This document shows, piece by piece, positions 36,405-46,377 of a stretch of DNA of 64,000 nucleotides; the stretch's first letter is position 1; every line of letters begins with the position of its first letter. Source of the DNA: an uncultured Lachnospiraceae bacterium. GTDB lineage: Bacteria > Bacillota > Clostridia > Lachnospirales > Lachnospiraceae. The translations under genes and the position numbers were made by a program. Below the pieces are notes generated by a model. The model made no database searches. It worked only from the letters and a program-made list of their open reading frames with translations, and was not told the origin of the DNA. The stretch spans positions 217 to 64,216 of the forward strand of contig CACWGK010000003.1 of the NCBI GenBank assembly GCA_902760415.1, given 5' to 3'.

Positions 36405-39119
36405 ATGGATACACCAGTAATGTGGTTAAAACAGATTGTTCCGGATCTTCCATTTCCGGAAGTAGATATAGATGAATCAGGAAAGACAACTCTCGAGTAC
36501 GAAGGTCTCGATAAAGCAGTTGACGAGTTTGCTGATAGAATCACACTTTCAGGTTCACACGTAGAGCGTGTAACAAAGTACTTCAAGAAACCAACAGGCG
36601 CTAGACTCAGCCGAGTAGTAGTTGGCCAGGTAGTAGAAGTAGCACCTCATCCAGATGCAGATAGACTCGTTATATGTCAGGTAAATGTTGGACATACAGT
36701 AGAAGCTGGCCAAGATGAGGAAGGCATAGTTCAGATTGTAACAGGAGCACCAAATATCATTAAGCTCTGCCCATATAAGTATGCAGGCGAAGAGAAGAAG
36801 TATCTCACACCTACAGTACTTGATGGCGGAACAGCAGTGTTCAATGTACATACAGGTGAAGACCTTACACCAAAGGAAGGTAAGATCAAGAAGGGTAAGC
36901 TCCGCGGAGTGCCATCATCAGGTATGATGTGCGCTATCGAAGAAATTGGTGGTGATCCAAACCTCTATCCTGGAGATAAGGACGGAGTTTATATTTTCAC
37001 AGATGATGAGATAGCACTTATGGATCTTAAGGCAGGCGATGATGCGACAGAAAAGCTCGGCCTTAATGATGCAAATATCGAGTATGAGATTACATCCAAC
37101 AGAGTAGACTGCTTCTCAGTTCTTGGAATGGCCCGTGAAGCAGCTGCAACTTATGGAGTAGCATTTGACCCAGAAGGTTCATTTGATCTGGATAAGATGT
37201 CAGCTTCAGTGAAGGCTGCTGAGGTGCATGATGAGAAGTCATCAGATAAGATATCTGTTGAGATTCAGGCACCAGAACTTTGCAAGAGATATATCGGACG
37301 AGTTGTTCGAAATGTAAAGATCGGCCCTTCACCTCTCTGGCTTCAGAAGAGACTTCGTAGTAGAGGAATAAATGCAATTAACAATATAGTAGATATCACA
37401 AACTATGTAATGGAAGAGCTCGGTCAGCCAATGCATGCTTTCGACCTGTCAACACTTGAAGGCTCAAAGATAGTTGTAAGACGTGCTGCTGAAGGCGAGA
37501 AGTTTGTGACACTTCATGATGAAGAACTTACATTAGATACAGATACACTGATGATCTGTGATGCAGTAAAGCCAGTTGCACTTGCAGGTATCAAGGGTGG
37601 TAAGAACTCTATGATTCCTCTTGAGACGAAGGAGCTTCCTTACATTCTCTTCGAGTCTGCTTGCTTCGAAGGAAATAACATTCGTAAGTCAGAGCGTCGT
37701 CACGGAATACAAACTGAGTCATCTGCTAAGTTCAATAAAGGGCTTGATCCTGAACTTGCTGAGCTTGCTGTAACTCGTGCGGTACAGCTGATTCAGGAGT
37801 TCGGTTGTGGTGAAGTACTTGAGGGTGAAGTTGATGTATATCCAAACCCTGTTACAGCTAAGATGCTTCCATTCGAACCAGATAAAATGACATCACTCCT
37901 TGGAGTTGATATAAGCGTAGAGGAGCAGCTTGATATCTTCGCAAGACTTGGACTTCAGTACGATAAGGCAAGTAACATGCTGACAGTTCCAACATTTAGA
38001 CAGGACCTTAACTGCATGGCTGATCTTGCAGAAGAGATAGCTCGTATACATGGATATGACAATATACCTTCAACAGTTCCAACAACTAACGGCGGTATCG
38101 GTGGCGTTTCTTATGAGGAGACAATTAATGCTATCGCTCGTGGAATAGTTGAAGAAAATGGATTCTCACAGGGTATGACATATAGCTTCGAGAGTGCAAA
38201 GGCATTTGATAAGCTTCTGATTCCTGAAGGAAATCCACTTAGAAGAACTATAGAGATAATCAATCCTCTTGGTGAGGACTTCAAGGTTATGAGAACTCAG
38301 CTTCTGAATGGACTTCTCACATCACTTGGAACTAACTCTAGCAGACGTAACAAGAATGTTCGTCTATATGAGCTCGGAACAGTTTATCTTCCTCATGAGA
38401 CATGGCCAGCAAAGCCAACTGAAGAGGGTAAGACAAGTGATCTTCCGCTTGATGAGGTTAGAAGACTTACACTTGGTATGTACGGCGAAGGCGACTTCTT
38501 CGTAATGAAGGGTGTTATAGAGGAACTCCTTGATAAGTTTAATATGAGTGGTTCAAAGGGCTATGGAAGCGTTGGTTCTAACAAGAATGCCGTTGAGTTT
38601 ATCTCAACAGCTGAGTATGATCACACAGATTATCCATTCCTTCATACACTTAGACAGGCTAGAATCGTTAAGGCTAAGGATCATAGCGTTGAGGTTGGTT
38701 ATATCGGACAGCTTCATCCAATGGTTGCTGAGAACTATGGCATCAAGGGCGACTGCTATATAGCTGTAATCAATATGGAAAGAGTTGTAGAAATGGCAGA
38801 CTTCGATATCAAGTTTACTGAGATTGCGAAGTATCCTGCATCAACTCGTGACCTTGCACTTGTATCAGATAGAAATGTATACGTTGGCGATATCGAGAAG
38901 ACTATCCGCAAGAATGCTGGAATGTATCTTGAGAATCTTGAACTCTTCGATGTATTCGAAGACCCAACTGGCGAGAAGCTGGATGCTTCTAAGAAGAGTG
39001 TAGCTTATTCGCTTACATTTAGAGCAAGTGATCACAGCCTCTCAGGTGAAGAAGTATCATCTGCTGTTGATGCTGTACTTGCAGCGCTTTCAGACGAAGG
39101 TATCGTACTTCGTGCCTAG
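36405..39119 (+). CDS. pheT: Phenylalanine--tRNA ligase beta subunit
   Basis: 904 aa, following pheS. It has the tRNA-binding domain (VVGQVVEVAPHPDADRL), B3/4, B5 and C-terminal FDX-ACB regions (KYPASTRDLALV). Confidence 0.95.
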   Translation: MDTPVMWLKQIVPDLPFPEVDIDESGKTTLEYEGLDKAVDEFADRITLSGSHVERVTKYFKKPTGARLSRVVVGQVVEVAPHPDADRLVICQVNVGHTVEAGQDEEGIVQIVTGAPNIIKLCPYKYAGEEKKYLTPTVLDGGTAVFNVHTGEDLTPKEGKIKKGKLRGVPSSGMMCAIEEIGGDPNLYPGDKDGVYIFTDDEIALMDLKAGDDATEKLGLNDANIEYEITSNRVDCFSVLGMAREAAATYGVAFDPEGSFDLDKMSASVKAAEVHDEKSSDKISVEIQAPELCKRYIGRVVRNVKIGPSPLWLQKRLRSRGINAINNIVDITNYVMEELGQPMHAFDLSTLEGSKIVVRRAAEGEKFVTLHDEELTLDTDTLMICDAVKPVALAGIKGGKNSMIPLETKELPYILFESACFEGNNIRKSERRHGIQTESSAKFNKGLDPELAELAVTRAVQLIQEFGCGEVLEGEVDVYPNPVTAKMLPFEPDKMTSLLGVDISVEEQLDIFARLGLQYDKASNMLTVPTFRQDLNCMADLAEEIARIHGYDNIPSTVPTTNGGIGGVSYEETINAIARGIVEENGFSQGMTYSFESAKAFDKLLIPEGNPLRRTIEIINPLGEDFKVMRTQLLNGLLTSLGTNSSRRNKNVRLYELGTVYLPHETWPAKPTEEGKTSDLPLDEVRRLTLGMYGEGDFFVMKGVIEELLDKFNMSGSKGYGSVGSNKNAVEFISTAEYDHTDYPFLHTLRQARIVKAKDHSVEVGYIGQLHPMVAENYGIKGDCYIAVINMERVVEMADFDIKFTEIAKYPASTRDLALVSDRNVYVGDIEKTIRKNAGMYLENLELFDVFEDPTGEKLDASKKSVAYSLTFRASDHSLSGEEVSSAVDAVLAALSDEGIVLRA

Positions 39120-39210
39120 TAACTGAATAAGATTATGATAAATGTGGCAAGTTGCCCGAGTATTTTGGCTCGGGCAAACTGTCACGTTTTTGAGGTATAG
39201 AGGATATAGT

Positions 39211-40347
39211 ATGGAAGTAAAAGATTTTTACTACGATCTCCCTGAGGAACTGATCGCACAGGATCCGCTGGAGAAGAGAGATGAGTCTCGCTTCATGGTG
39301 ATACACCGTGATACTGGTGAGATAGAACATAGGAAGTTTCATGATATTATTGAATATTTAAATCCTGGTGACTGCCTTGTCATTAACGATACCAAGGTTA
39401 TTCCTGCACGTCTTTTGGGCGAGAAGGAAGAGACGGGAGCTGCTATAGAGGTGCTTCTTTTGAAGGACGCGTCAGAAAGATATGCAGAACTTGCAAAATC
39501 AGAGAAGAATACTCGTATCTGGGAGTGCCTTGTTAAGCCTGGTAAGAAAATGAAGCCTGGTGCCCGCGTGGTCTTCGGCAAGGACGAAGTGACTGGAGAG
39601 GCTCTGCTTAGTGCCGAGGTTATCGATACAGTTGAAGAGGGAAATCGAATCATTCGTTTTGAGTATGACGGTATCTGGGAAGAGGTGCTGGATAAGTTAG
39701 GCGAAATGCCGCTCCCACCATATATAACACATAAGCTTCAAGATAAAACTCGTTATCAGACTGTATATGCGAAAAATGAGGGTAGTGCAGCCGCTCCTAC
39801 AGCAGGTCTTCATTTCACAAGTGAGCTTCTGAAGGAGATAGAAGATAAGGGCATAAAGATTGCAAGACTTACACTACATGTAGGACTTGGTACATTTCGA
39901 CCGGTTAAGGTAGAAAAGATAGAAGACCATCACATGCATACTGAGTACTATGAGTTAACTCAGGAAGCTGCTGATATAATAAATGAGACACGCGCCAAGG
40001 GGGGCAGAGTGATCTCAGTAGGAACTACAAGTACCAGAACTCTGGAGACAATCGGAACACTTCAGGGCCTTCACAAAAATGAGTCAGCAGTTACGTCCGA
40101 CGTAAAAAGTGACTCATTTTTACAGGAGATTAAACCGGCTTCGGGCTGGACTAATATATTTATATATCCTGGATATGAGTTCAAAGTTGTAGATTCCTTA
40201 ATAACAAACTTCCATTTGCCAGAGTCAACACTTATAATGTTAGTGTCTGCTTTCTATAACAGAGACGACGTTATGGCGGCATATGAGGAAGCTGTGAAGG
40301 AGAGATATAGATTCTTCTCCTTTGGGGATGCTATGATGTTGATCTAG
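39211..40347 (+). CDS. queA: S-adenosylmethionine:tRNA ribosyltransferase-isomerase
   Basis: [50 protein letters not shown] and [18 protein letters not shown] are all QueA hallmarks. The track ORF starts upstream at 39142, but homology begins at ATG 39211. Confidence 0.95.
   Translation: MEVKDFYYDLPEELIAQDPLEKRDESRFMVIHRDTGEIEHRKFHDIIEYLNPGDCLVINDTKVIPARLLGEKEETGAAIEVLLLKDASERYAELAKSEKNTRIWECLVKPGKKMKPGARVVFGKDEVTGEALLSAEVIDTVEEGNRIIRFEYDGIWEEVLDKLGEMPLPPYITHKLQDKTRYQTVYAKNEGSAAAPTAGLHFTSELLKEIEDKGIKIARLTLHVGLGTFRPVKVEKIEDHHMHTEYYELTQEAADIINETRAKGGRVISVGTTSTRTLETIGTLQGLHKNESAVTSDVKSDSFLQEIKPASGWTNIFIYPGYEFKVVDSLITNFHLPESTLIMLVSAFYNRDDVMAAYEEAVKERYRFFSFGDAMMLI
40075..40122. repeat. Palindromic repeat element, monomer copy D, in-frame inside queA
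   Basis: AAAAATGAGTCAGCAGTTACGTCCGACGTAAAAAGTGACTCATTTTTA is translated as [16 protein letters not shown]. It is near-identical to the copy at 60721-60768. Confidence 0.9.
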
Positions 40348-40383
40348 TATAGATATAATAAGTAAGGTGTAGAGTTAAGAGAG

Positions 40384-42204
40384 ATGAAAAATGTAAAAGC
40401 GGCTATAAAGCTATTTAGATATAATCTATTATATACCGTACTGTTTGAGTGTTTCCTCAAGACAGTATCATTTGCTGTGCTTATACCGCTGTATTATGTA
40501 TTTGTAAACTATGCAGTAAAGCTATCCGGAATATCATATCTGTCGAAGGAGACTGCGAAGAAGTTTTTTAAGGCTCCATCTACATATGCATTTCTCTTTG
40601 TAATGTTTTTATTCATATCAATGTGTATTATGGTAGAAGTTTCTGGAATCAGCTATGCCTATCATAGAGCACATTACCTTAAGAAGACGTCACCACTTAG
40701 GATGCTTCTGATTGGTATTAGATCTTCTATGAGAGTGCTTAGACCAAGAAATATGCCAATCTTTGTTACTACACTTTGCTATCTTCCGGTTATATCAAAT
40801 GTTATCTTAGTCTTTGATCTACTAAATATTCGTGCACCATATATTATAGATATTGTATCTGTAAATAAAGGGATAACTATCGCGGTAGCGGTTCTCTACA
40901 TATTGGTTGTCTTATATTCACTAAGATATACATTTATTCTTCATGTATTTAATGTGGAGAAGGTTAGTTTCAGAAAGGCTGTTGACAGGACAAAGGAGCT
41001 TCTGAAGGGAAAGCGTTTTAAGACAATAAGCGGTGTACTCGCGTGGGTTTTCCTTACAGTAGCGCTTCCTGCAGTAGTTAACTTCTACTATTCCGGTTCA
41101 ATACTTTCACTTGTACTTTCTTCGAAGTCTGCTGTAAAGGCTGCAACGCTAGCTTATGAGAGTATTAAGATAGTGCTATCATTTTTATATGTAGTAGCTG
41201 GACTTCCAGCTGTATATTCGTACATCTGTGCTTCTTTCTACAGCCTGCTTCCTAATGAAGAAGATAAGCCGAGTCTGGATGACTATGATGAGGTCAATAC
41301 AAAGAACCGTCGTCATAGGGAAGGTACAGTCATTGTTATCCTTACATGTATGGCTATCATATTAAATGTTGGCTTCTACATGCTAAAGCGCTATAATGTA
41401 ATCTCCGTCAATGTAGAGTATCTGGACAAGGTTACTATAACGGCTCATCGAGGCGACAGCTCCTCAGCTCCTGAGAATACTCTTGCTGCATTTGAGAAAG
41501 CTATTGAAAATGGAGCTGATATCATCGAGCTTGATGTAAGAGAGACGAAGGACGGCGAGATCGTCGTAATGCATGATGAGAATCTGAAACGTACCTGCGG
41601 TGTTAACAAGAAGGTTGGAAAGCTAACTTATGAGGAACTGCTCGAGTATAGTCCAACTGCTAAATGTAAAGGTGAGGATAAGGAGCTATATAAGGACGAG
41701 AAGATTCCAACTCTTAGAGAGGCTATAGAACTTGTCGGAGACCGTGCTATTATAAATATTGAACTGAAGCCAGCTAAGACTGATAAGAAGTTCGTTCAGA
41801 AGGTTGTCGAGATCATTCAGGAATATGAATACTATGACAACTGCTTAGTTACGTCTCTTAACTATGGTTCTATTAAGAAGATAAAGCTGAAAGATTCAAG
41901 AATTAAGACGGTATATACTATGGCAGTAGCTATGGGAGATTTCTATTCTCTGGAATATGCGGATGGCTTTAGTATAAAGGCGAGATATATTAATAATGAC
42001 GTTGTTAAGCAGGCTCACAGTCTGGGCAAGGAGGTTTATGCCTGGACTATAGATGATCCGAATACTCTGGAAAGCATGATGCTTATGGACGTTGATTCGA
42101 TCATTACCAATAAGCCAGCTGAGATGCGTAAGGCCATGTATGAGAATTACTATAGTGATACTCTGATACAGAGGCTGAATGAGTTCTTGTCTAATCAGAT
42201 ATAG
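40384..42204 (+). CDS. Membrane-anchored glycerophosphodiester phosphodiesterase
   Basis: About 330-aa polytopic N-terminal membrane domain, followed by the GDPD catalytic domain ITAHRGDSSSAPENTLAAFEKAIENGADIIELDVRETKDGEIVVMHD. Confidence 0.85.
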   Translation: MKNVKAAIKLFRYNLLYTVLFECFLKTVSFAVLIPLYYVFVNYAVKLSGISYLSKETAKKFFKAPSTYAFLFVMFLFISMCIMVEVSGISYAYHRAHYLKKTSPLRMLLIGIRSSMRVLRPRNMPIFVTTLCYLPVISNVILVFDLLNIRAPYIIDIVSVNKGITIAVAVLYILVVLYSLRYTFILHVFNVEKVSFRKAVDRTKELLKGKRFKTISGVLAWVFLTVALPAVVNFYYSGSILSLVLSSKSAVKAATLAYESIKIVLSFLYVVAGLPAVYSYICASFYSLLPNEEDKPSLDDYDEVNTKNRRHREGTVIVILTCMAIILNVGFYMLKRYNVISVNVEYLDKVTITAHRGDSSSAPENTLAAFEKAIENGADIIELDVRETKDGEIVVMHDENLKRTCGVNKKVGKLTYEELLEYSPTAKCKGEDKELYKDEKIPTLREAIELVGDRAIINIELKPAKTDKKFVQKVVEIIQEYEYYDNCLVTSLNYGSIKKIKLKDSRIKTVYTMAVAMGDFYSLEYADGFSIKARYINNDVVKQAHSLGKEVYAWTIDDPNTLESMMLMDVDSIITNKPAEMRKAMYENYYSDTLIQRLNEFLSNQI

Positions 42205-42287
42205 ACAGGGACGGTACATGGTTCATTTCACGATTTCTTTTTGATGTAAATGACATGTATTATATATAGGAAATTAGAGGGAAAATT

Positions 42288-42779
42288 ATGCTTAAATATT
42301 TTATAGTATTTTTTATATCAATGCTTCCACTTGCAGAGCTGAGAGTCGCTATACCATATGCAATAGGACTTGGACTTAATATTCCACTTACGTATGCTAT
42401 AGCAATTATAGGAAATATGTTACCAGTTCCTTTTATTTTCTTCTTTGCAAGACGAGTACTAGAGTGGGGAACAAAGGTTAACTGGCCTAAAGGTCTTAAA
42501 TGGGTTGGAAAGTTCTTTAACTTTTGTCTCGAGAAGGGAGAGCGAGGCGGCAAGAAGCTTACTGAGAAGGTAGGTAGAAGCTCGTATATAGCACTGTTCC
42601 TTTTTGTGGGTATACCAGTTCCAGGAACAGGCGCATGGGTTGGAACCCTTGCTGCAAGTATCTTAGATTTAGACTTCAAGAAGAGCGTAATAGCTGTAGT
42701 CTGCGGCGTTATCCTTGCGGGAATAATCATGGGACTTGGAAGCGCGGGAGTCTTTACACTGATAAGGGGAATGTTCTAA
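42288..42779 (+). CDS. Small multidrug-export-family (COG2426-like) integral membrane protein
   Basis: 163 aa with 4-5 TM helices. The N-terminus MLPLAELRVAIPYAIGLGL and the GTGAWVGTLAA motif are typical of this family. The overlapping - strand ORF 42260-42730 was rejected. Confidence 0.65.
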   Translation: MLKYFIVFFISMLPLAELRVAIPYAIGLGLNIPLTYAIAIIGNMLPVPFIFFFARRVLEWGTKVNWPKGLKWVGKFFNFCLEKGERGGKKLTEKVGRSSYIALFLFVGIPVPGTGAWVGTLAASILDLDFKKSVIAVVCGVILAGIIMGLGSAGVFTLIRGMF

Positions 42780-42838
42780 TAATCCCCATAACTAATTCTA
42801 AACTAATGACTTTATAATACATTTAAAGAGAATATAAA

Positions 42839-43897
42839 ATGAAGAAAATCATTGCATGCATATTAATATGTTCATTACTCCTGATGACTATCGGATGTGG
42901 AACGACTACATCGGATAAGCCAACAACATCAACCGCGGAAGATGATACACTCATAGATTCAGACGGATTCCGTCCTGTAAAGGATTATGTTGTGACTCTT
43001 CAAAATGATGTAAATGTGAGGAAAACTGCTGAATCAGGCGGCGATATCTATATTACACTGGATGCTGGTGTAACTCTGAACAGAACTGGAGTAAAGGATG
43101 GATGGGCCAGAGTGCTGATAAATGGCGGTATCTATTATGTGGAATCTAGATTCGTAGAAGAAACCGCTGTTAAGTGGGCGACAGAAACAGATGTTGAGAA
43201 AGTAAGCCACATAGTATTTATAGATCCTGCGAAGCAGATAACCGAGGATCTTAACTATGAACCTCTAAGTCCTGAGATTGATGCGCCGGCTCTTACAGAT
43301 AGCGGAGAATATGCTACACCAACAAATGCTGAGCTGGCAGGCATGAAGACTAAGATGACTGCAGGCGCGATAGGAGTTAATTCGGGAAACTTCGAATATG
43401 ACGTAACCATGTCCGTTGCAAACTACCTTAACGCTGAGCTTGTGAAGAGAGGGTATACAGTTTACCTTTCGCGTACTACTAATAATGTAAATATAAGCAA
43501 CGCTAAGCGTGCTCAGATGGCAAATGCATCTAGCGCGGAAATATATATAAAGCTCGAAGCACCTAAGGCAAATGATCCATCTGCTTCAGGCATACTCGGA
43601 TTTATAGCTACATCGACCAATTCTCATACAGGAACTATGTATCAGAAGAATTACGAGCTTTGCTACGACGTTCTGCAGACAACCTGTGAACAGACAGGAG
43701 CTACGAGAATGGGAATCTATGAGACGGATAACCTGACATCTCTTAATTACTGCAATATGCCGGCAACGGTTCTGAGCGTTGGATTCCTGTCGAATAACAA
43801 CGACGATATCGCACTCGGTATGGATGATTATAAGAAGAAACTTGCTGTGGGTATCGCTAACGGAATCGATGAATATTTTAAATCTTTAGAAGAATAA
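42839..43897 (+). CDS. N-acetylmuramoyl-L-alanine amidase lipoprotein with SH3-like domain
   Basis: Lipobox TIGCG, SH3b-like segment (VNVRKTAESGGDIYITLDAGVTLNRTGVKDGWARV), and Amidase_3 C-terminal pattern LSVGFLSNNNDDIAL. Confidence 0.8.
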   Translation: MKKIIACILICSLLLMTIGCGTTTSDKPTTSTAEDDTLIDSDGFRPVKDYVVTLQNDVNVRKTAESGGDIYITLDAGVTLNRTGVKDGWARVLINGGIYYVESRFVEETAVKWATETDVEKVSHIVFIDPAKQITEDLNYEPLSPEIDAPALTDSGEYATPTNAELAGMKTKMTAGAIGVNSGNFEYDVTMSVANYLNAELVKRGYTVYLSRTTNNVNISNAKRAQMANASSAEIYIKLEAPKANDPSASGILGFIATSTNSHTGTMYQKNYELCYDVLQTTCEQTGATRMGIYETDNLTSLNYCNMPATVLSVGFLSNNNDDIALGMDDYKKKLAVGIANGIDEYFKSLEE

Positions 43898-43901
43898 GTG
43901 G

Positions 43902-43931
43902 GAATCACCCTTCGCGGGGTGATTCTTTTTT
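43902..43931 (+). terminator. Rho-independent terminator
   Basis: GAATCACCC-ttcgcg-GGGTGATTC followed by TTTTTT. Confidence 0.85.
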
Positions 43932-44135
43932 GGTATATATGTACATTTCTATGGGTGAATTTCTACAAATATAAGTGCGTAATAACCCATAAAAACTTGA
44001 CAGAAATGTTACAAAGTGGTAGTATTGCTTCGTAACAAAATCGTAACAAATTAACATAATTCGTAACATTTGTTTACATAATATGTAATAAAACATATTA
44101 AATGTTAAGAAATCCGTTAATATATTGAGGTTTTT

Positions 44136-45404
44136 ATGAATCGTAGACAGCAGATAAAACTTGAAAATGCAAAAATCTTTGCTAGAAAGTATATATTCTC
44201 TGGTAGATATATAGTTAGAAATACACTTGCAGTTATGGGTCTCGCTACACTTGCAGGTGGAGCATACCTTACAGTACAGGTTGCTGGAACAGGAGTTGCT
44301 TCTGGCATGGCAGTAAATACTAAGGCTGAACAAGTTGAAGAGACTGAGGCAGAGCCTGAAGTTGAGACATACGCTATCCAGATTGGTGAGGATTCTCTTG
44401 TAAAGGCTGATTCAGTCGACGCACTCTATGTTCGTTTAGAGGGTGAGGACGTACTTACAGTTTCTAATGATGTTGATAGACTCACAAAGCCTGAGTACGA
44501 TATGACAGGTAAGTTCATCGTTACAACAGAGGGACTTAACGTCAGAGCTGAGGCTTCAGAAGATGGAAATATCCTTAAGGTTCTTAACACTGGTGATTAC
44601 GGTGATGTCGTAGGAACAGAGGGCGAGTGGACTATAGTTGCTCATCTTGATACAGAGGGATATGTTAAGACAGAATATATTGTTACTGATGATGAGGCAA
44701 CAAAGGTTGCTGAGAAGGCTGCATCTGATGGCGTAAGCTACAGAGAAGCACTTGGTGTTAAGGAAGTTCTCGTTGCTGATGCAAATAATCAGGAGCAGGC
44801 TACTACAGAAGTTGCAATAGATAGAAAAGTTGAGATAGATACTACAGAGGTTGCTAAGGAAGATACAACTAAGACAGGTTCTACTGAGACAACAACTCAG
44901 GCGCCTGCACAGGCTACAACAGAGGCGCCTACACAGGCTGCTACAGAAGCACCTACTCAGGCTCCAACAGAGGCGCCTACACAGGCTCCTACTGAGGCAC
45001 CTACAGAAGCTCCAACAGAAGCACCTACAGAGGCTACAGCAGTTGCATCTTCTGATCTTTATCTTCTTGCGGCTATTGTATATGCAGAGTCAGGTGGAGA
45101 GTGTTATGAAGGACAGCTTGCAGTTGCAAGTGTCGTAATGAATAGATTATATAGCGGTCAGTGGGGTGGCTCACTTTCAAGCGTTATATATGCACCTAGC
45201 CAGTTCTCTGGAGCTTATACATCAGCATTTCAGACTGCACTTTCAACAGGTGGTTCATCTACATCACTTCAGGCCGCTCAGGATGCTCTTAATGGAGCTA
45301 ACAATATCGGAGGCTACATGAGCTTCAGACCTACTTGGAACACACCTCAGTCAGTATATGACAGTGGTAACTATATTCAGATAGGAAATCATGTCTTCTA
45401 CTAA
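44136..45404 (+). CDS. SleB-type cell wall hydrolase with SH3-like domain and T/E/A/P/Q repeat linker
   Basis: N-terminal TM anchor, an SH3b-like segment (GLNVRAEASEDGNILKVLNTGDYGDVVGTEGEWTIV), and the C-terminal Hydrolase_2 motif LLAAIVYAESGGECYEGQLAVASVVMNR. Confidence 0.8.
   Translation: MNRRQQIKLENAKIFARKYIFSGRYIVRNTLAVMGLATLAGGAYLTVQVAGTGVASGMAVNTKAEQVEETEAEPEVETYAIQIGEDSLVKADSVDALYVRLEGEDVLTVSNDVDRLTKPEYDMTGKFIVTTEGLNVRAEASEDGNILKVLNTGDYGDVVGTEGEWTIVAHLDTEGYVKTEYIVTDDEATKVAEKAASDGVSYREALGVKEVLVADANNQEQATTEVAIDRKVEIDTTEVAKEDTTKTGSTETTTQAPAQATTEAPTQAATEAPTQAPTEAPTQAPTEAPTEAPTEAPTEATAVASSDLYLLAAIVYAESGGECYEGQLAVASVVMNRLYSGQWGGSLSSVIYAPSQFSGAYTSAFQTALSTGGSSTSLQAAQDALNGANNIGGYMSFRPTWNTPQSVYDSGNYIQIGNHVFY
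44889..45038 (+). repeat. Coding tandem repeat (TEAPTQA / TEAP units)
   Basis: Imperfect 12-21-nt repeats ACAGAGGCGCCTACACAGGCT encode TTQAPAQATTEAPTQAATEAPTQAPTEAPTQAPTEAPTEAPTEAPTEAT. Confidence 0.9.
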
Positions 45405-45468
45405 GAGCTTAGTAAGGCACGCGGTGAAGATATTATTTTAAAAAAACTTTTTCACAAGAAACCATTTT

Positions 45469-45503
45469 AAAGAAGTTAGTGATATTAATCGCTAACTTCT
45501 TTT
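45469..45503 (+). terminator. Rho-independent terminator
   Basis: AAGAAGTTAGTGA-tattaa-TCGCTAACTTCTT followed by a T-run. Confidence 0.7.
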
Positions 45504-45651
45504 GTGTATTAGTGATATTTAGGATTCCTAAGTGTATCAGAAAAATTATATGTTAAAAAATCCTACAATAGTGTAAAATATTAAATTGGTGTTTTAGGTG
45601 GAGTTAATTCTCCGAGGTTTTAGTATATTGTATATAAGAAGGGATAGTATT

Positions 45652-46362
45652 ATGAGGATTGCTGTTTGTGATGATGAAGAAAAGTTCCGTACTCAGGCAA
45701 GAGAAATGATAGATAAGCTTGCTGGTAGTATTGATGTAGTAGTTGATGCATATGAGGATGGTAGAAAGCTTCTTCAGGCTTTCGATGCAAATCCATATGA
45801 TGTTCTGTTTCTTGATATCGAGATGCCAGCTATGGACGGCATAACACTTGCAAAAAAGCTCCGTGAAAGAAGCGATAGTATCTATATTGTCTTTCTTACA
45901 GGACATGTTGAATATGCTCTTGAAGGATATGAGGTAAATGCACTTAGATATTTAACGAAACCTATACAGGAAGATAAGCTTCGTGAGGTCCTTAGATTCG
46001 TTATGGATAAGAGCAGTAGTAAGCGTCAGCTTCTGATTAAGGTAGAGGGCGAAGAGACTCTGATAAATGTTTCAGACATCATTTATCTGGAAGCTCAGAA
46101 TCAGTATGTGATGATATATACGGTATCTGGAGAATTCCTGGTTAGATACAATATTGGTGATTTTGAGGAACAACTCAAAAATGACGGATTCTTCAGAGTA
46201 CATAGAGGATATCTTATTTCACTTGCGAGAGTGAAGAAAATGGTTAAAGGCGATGTCCTTCTAGATGGCAATGATGGAGAGGTAAGTGTACCAGTTAGTA
46301 GATCTAATATAAAGCCGTTAAAAGAGGCTCTATATTCTTATGTAGAGAGTTCAGCATTTTAG
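45652..46362 (+). CDS. LytTR-family response regulator
   Basis: Receiver domain (MRIAVCDDE...FLDIEMPAMDG) plus the LytTR DNA-binding domain (FFRVHRGYLISL). Homology starts at ATG 45652; the track ORF starts at GTG 45598. Confidence 0.85.
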   Translation: MRIAVCDDEEKFRTQAREMIDKLAGSIDVVVDAYEDGRKLLQAFDANPYDVLFLDIEMPAMDGITLAKKLRERSDSIYIVFLTGHVEYALEGYEVNALRYLTKPIQEDKLREVLRFVMDKSSSKRQLLIKVEGEETLINVSDIIYLEAQNQYVMIYTVSGEFLVRYNIGDFEEQLKNDGFFRVHRGYLISLARVKKMVKGDVLLDGNDGEVSVPVSRSNIKPLKEALYSYVESSAF

Positions 46363-46377
46363 ACAGGGTGAAACAAA

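Noticed and set aside
42260-42730. 156-aa - strand ORF overlapping the 163-aa + strand ORF.
   Set aside because: The + strand product has the multi-TM pattern and motifs of the small multidrug-export family, a proper RBS and co-orientation with its neighbours. The - strand translation is Pro/Ser/Thr-rich with no membrane or domain pattern.
43905-44333. 142-aa - strand ORF spanning the AT-rich intergenic region and the start of the SleB-like gene.
   Set aside because: It is Cys/Ile/Tyr/Phe/Asn/Lys-rich, typical of random translation of AT-rich DNA. It overlaps a terminator and a real gene start, and it has no RBS.
44889-45038. Tandem repeats here and at 55653-55799, considered as a possible CRISPR or non-coding satellite.
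   Set aside because: Both lie in-frame within long ORFs, their units are multiples of 3 nt, and there are no unique spacers. They are coding low-complexity repeats.
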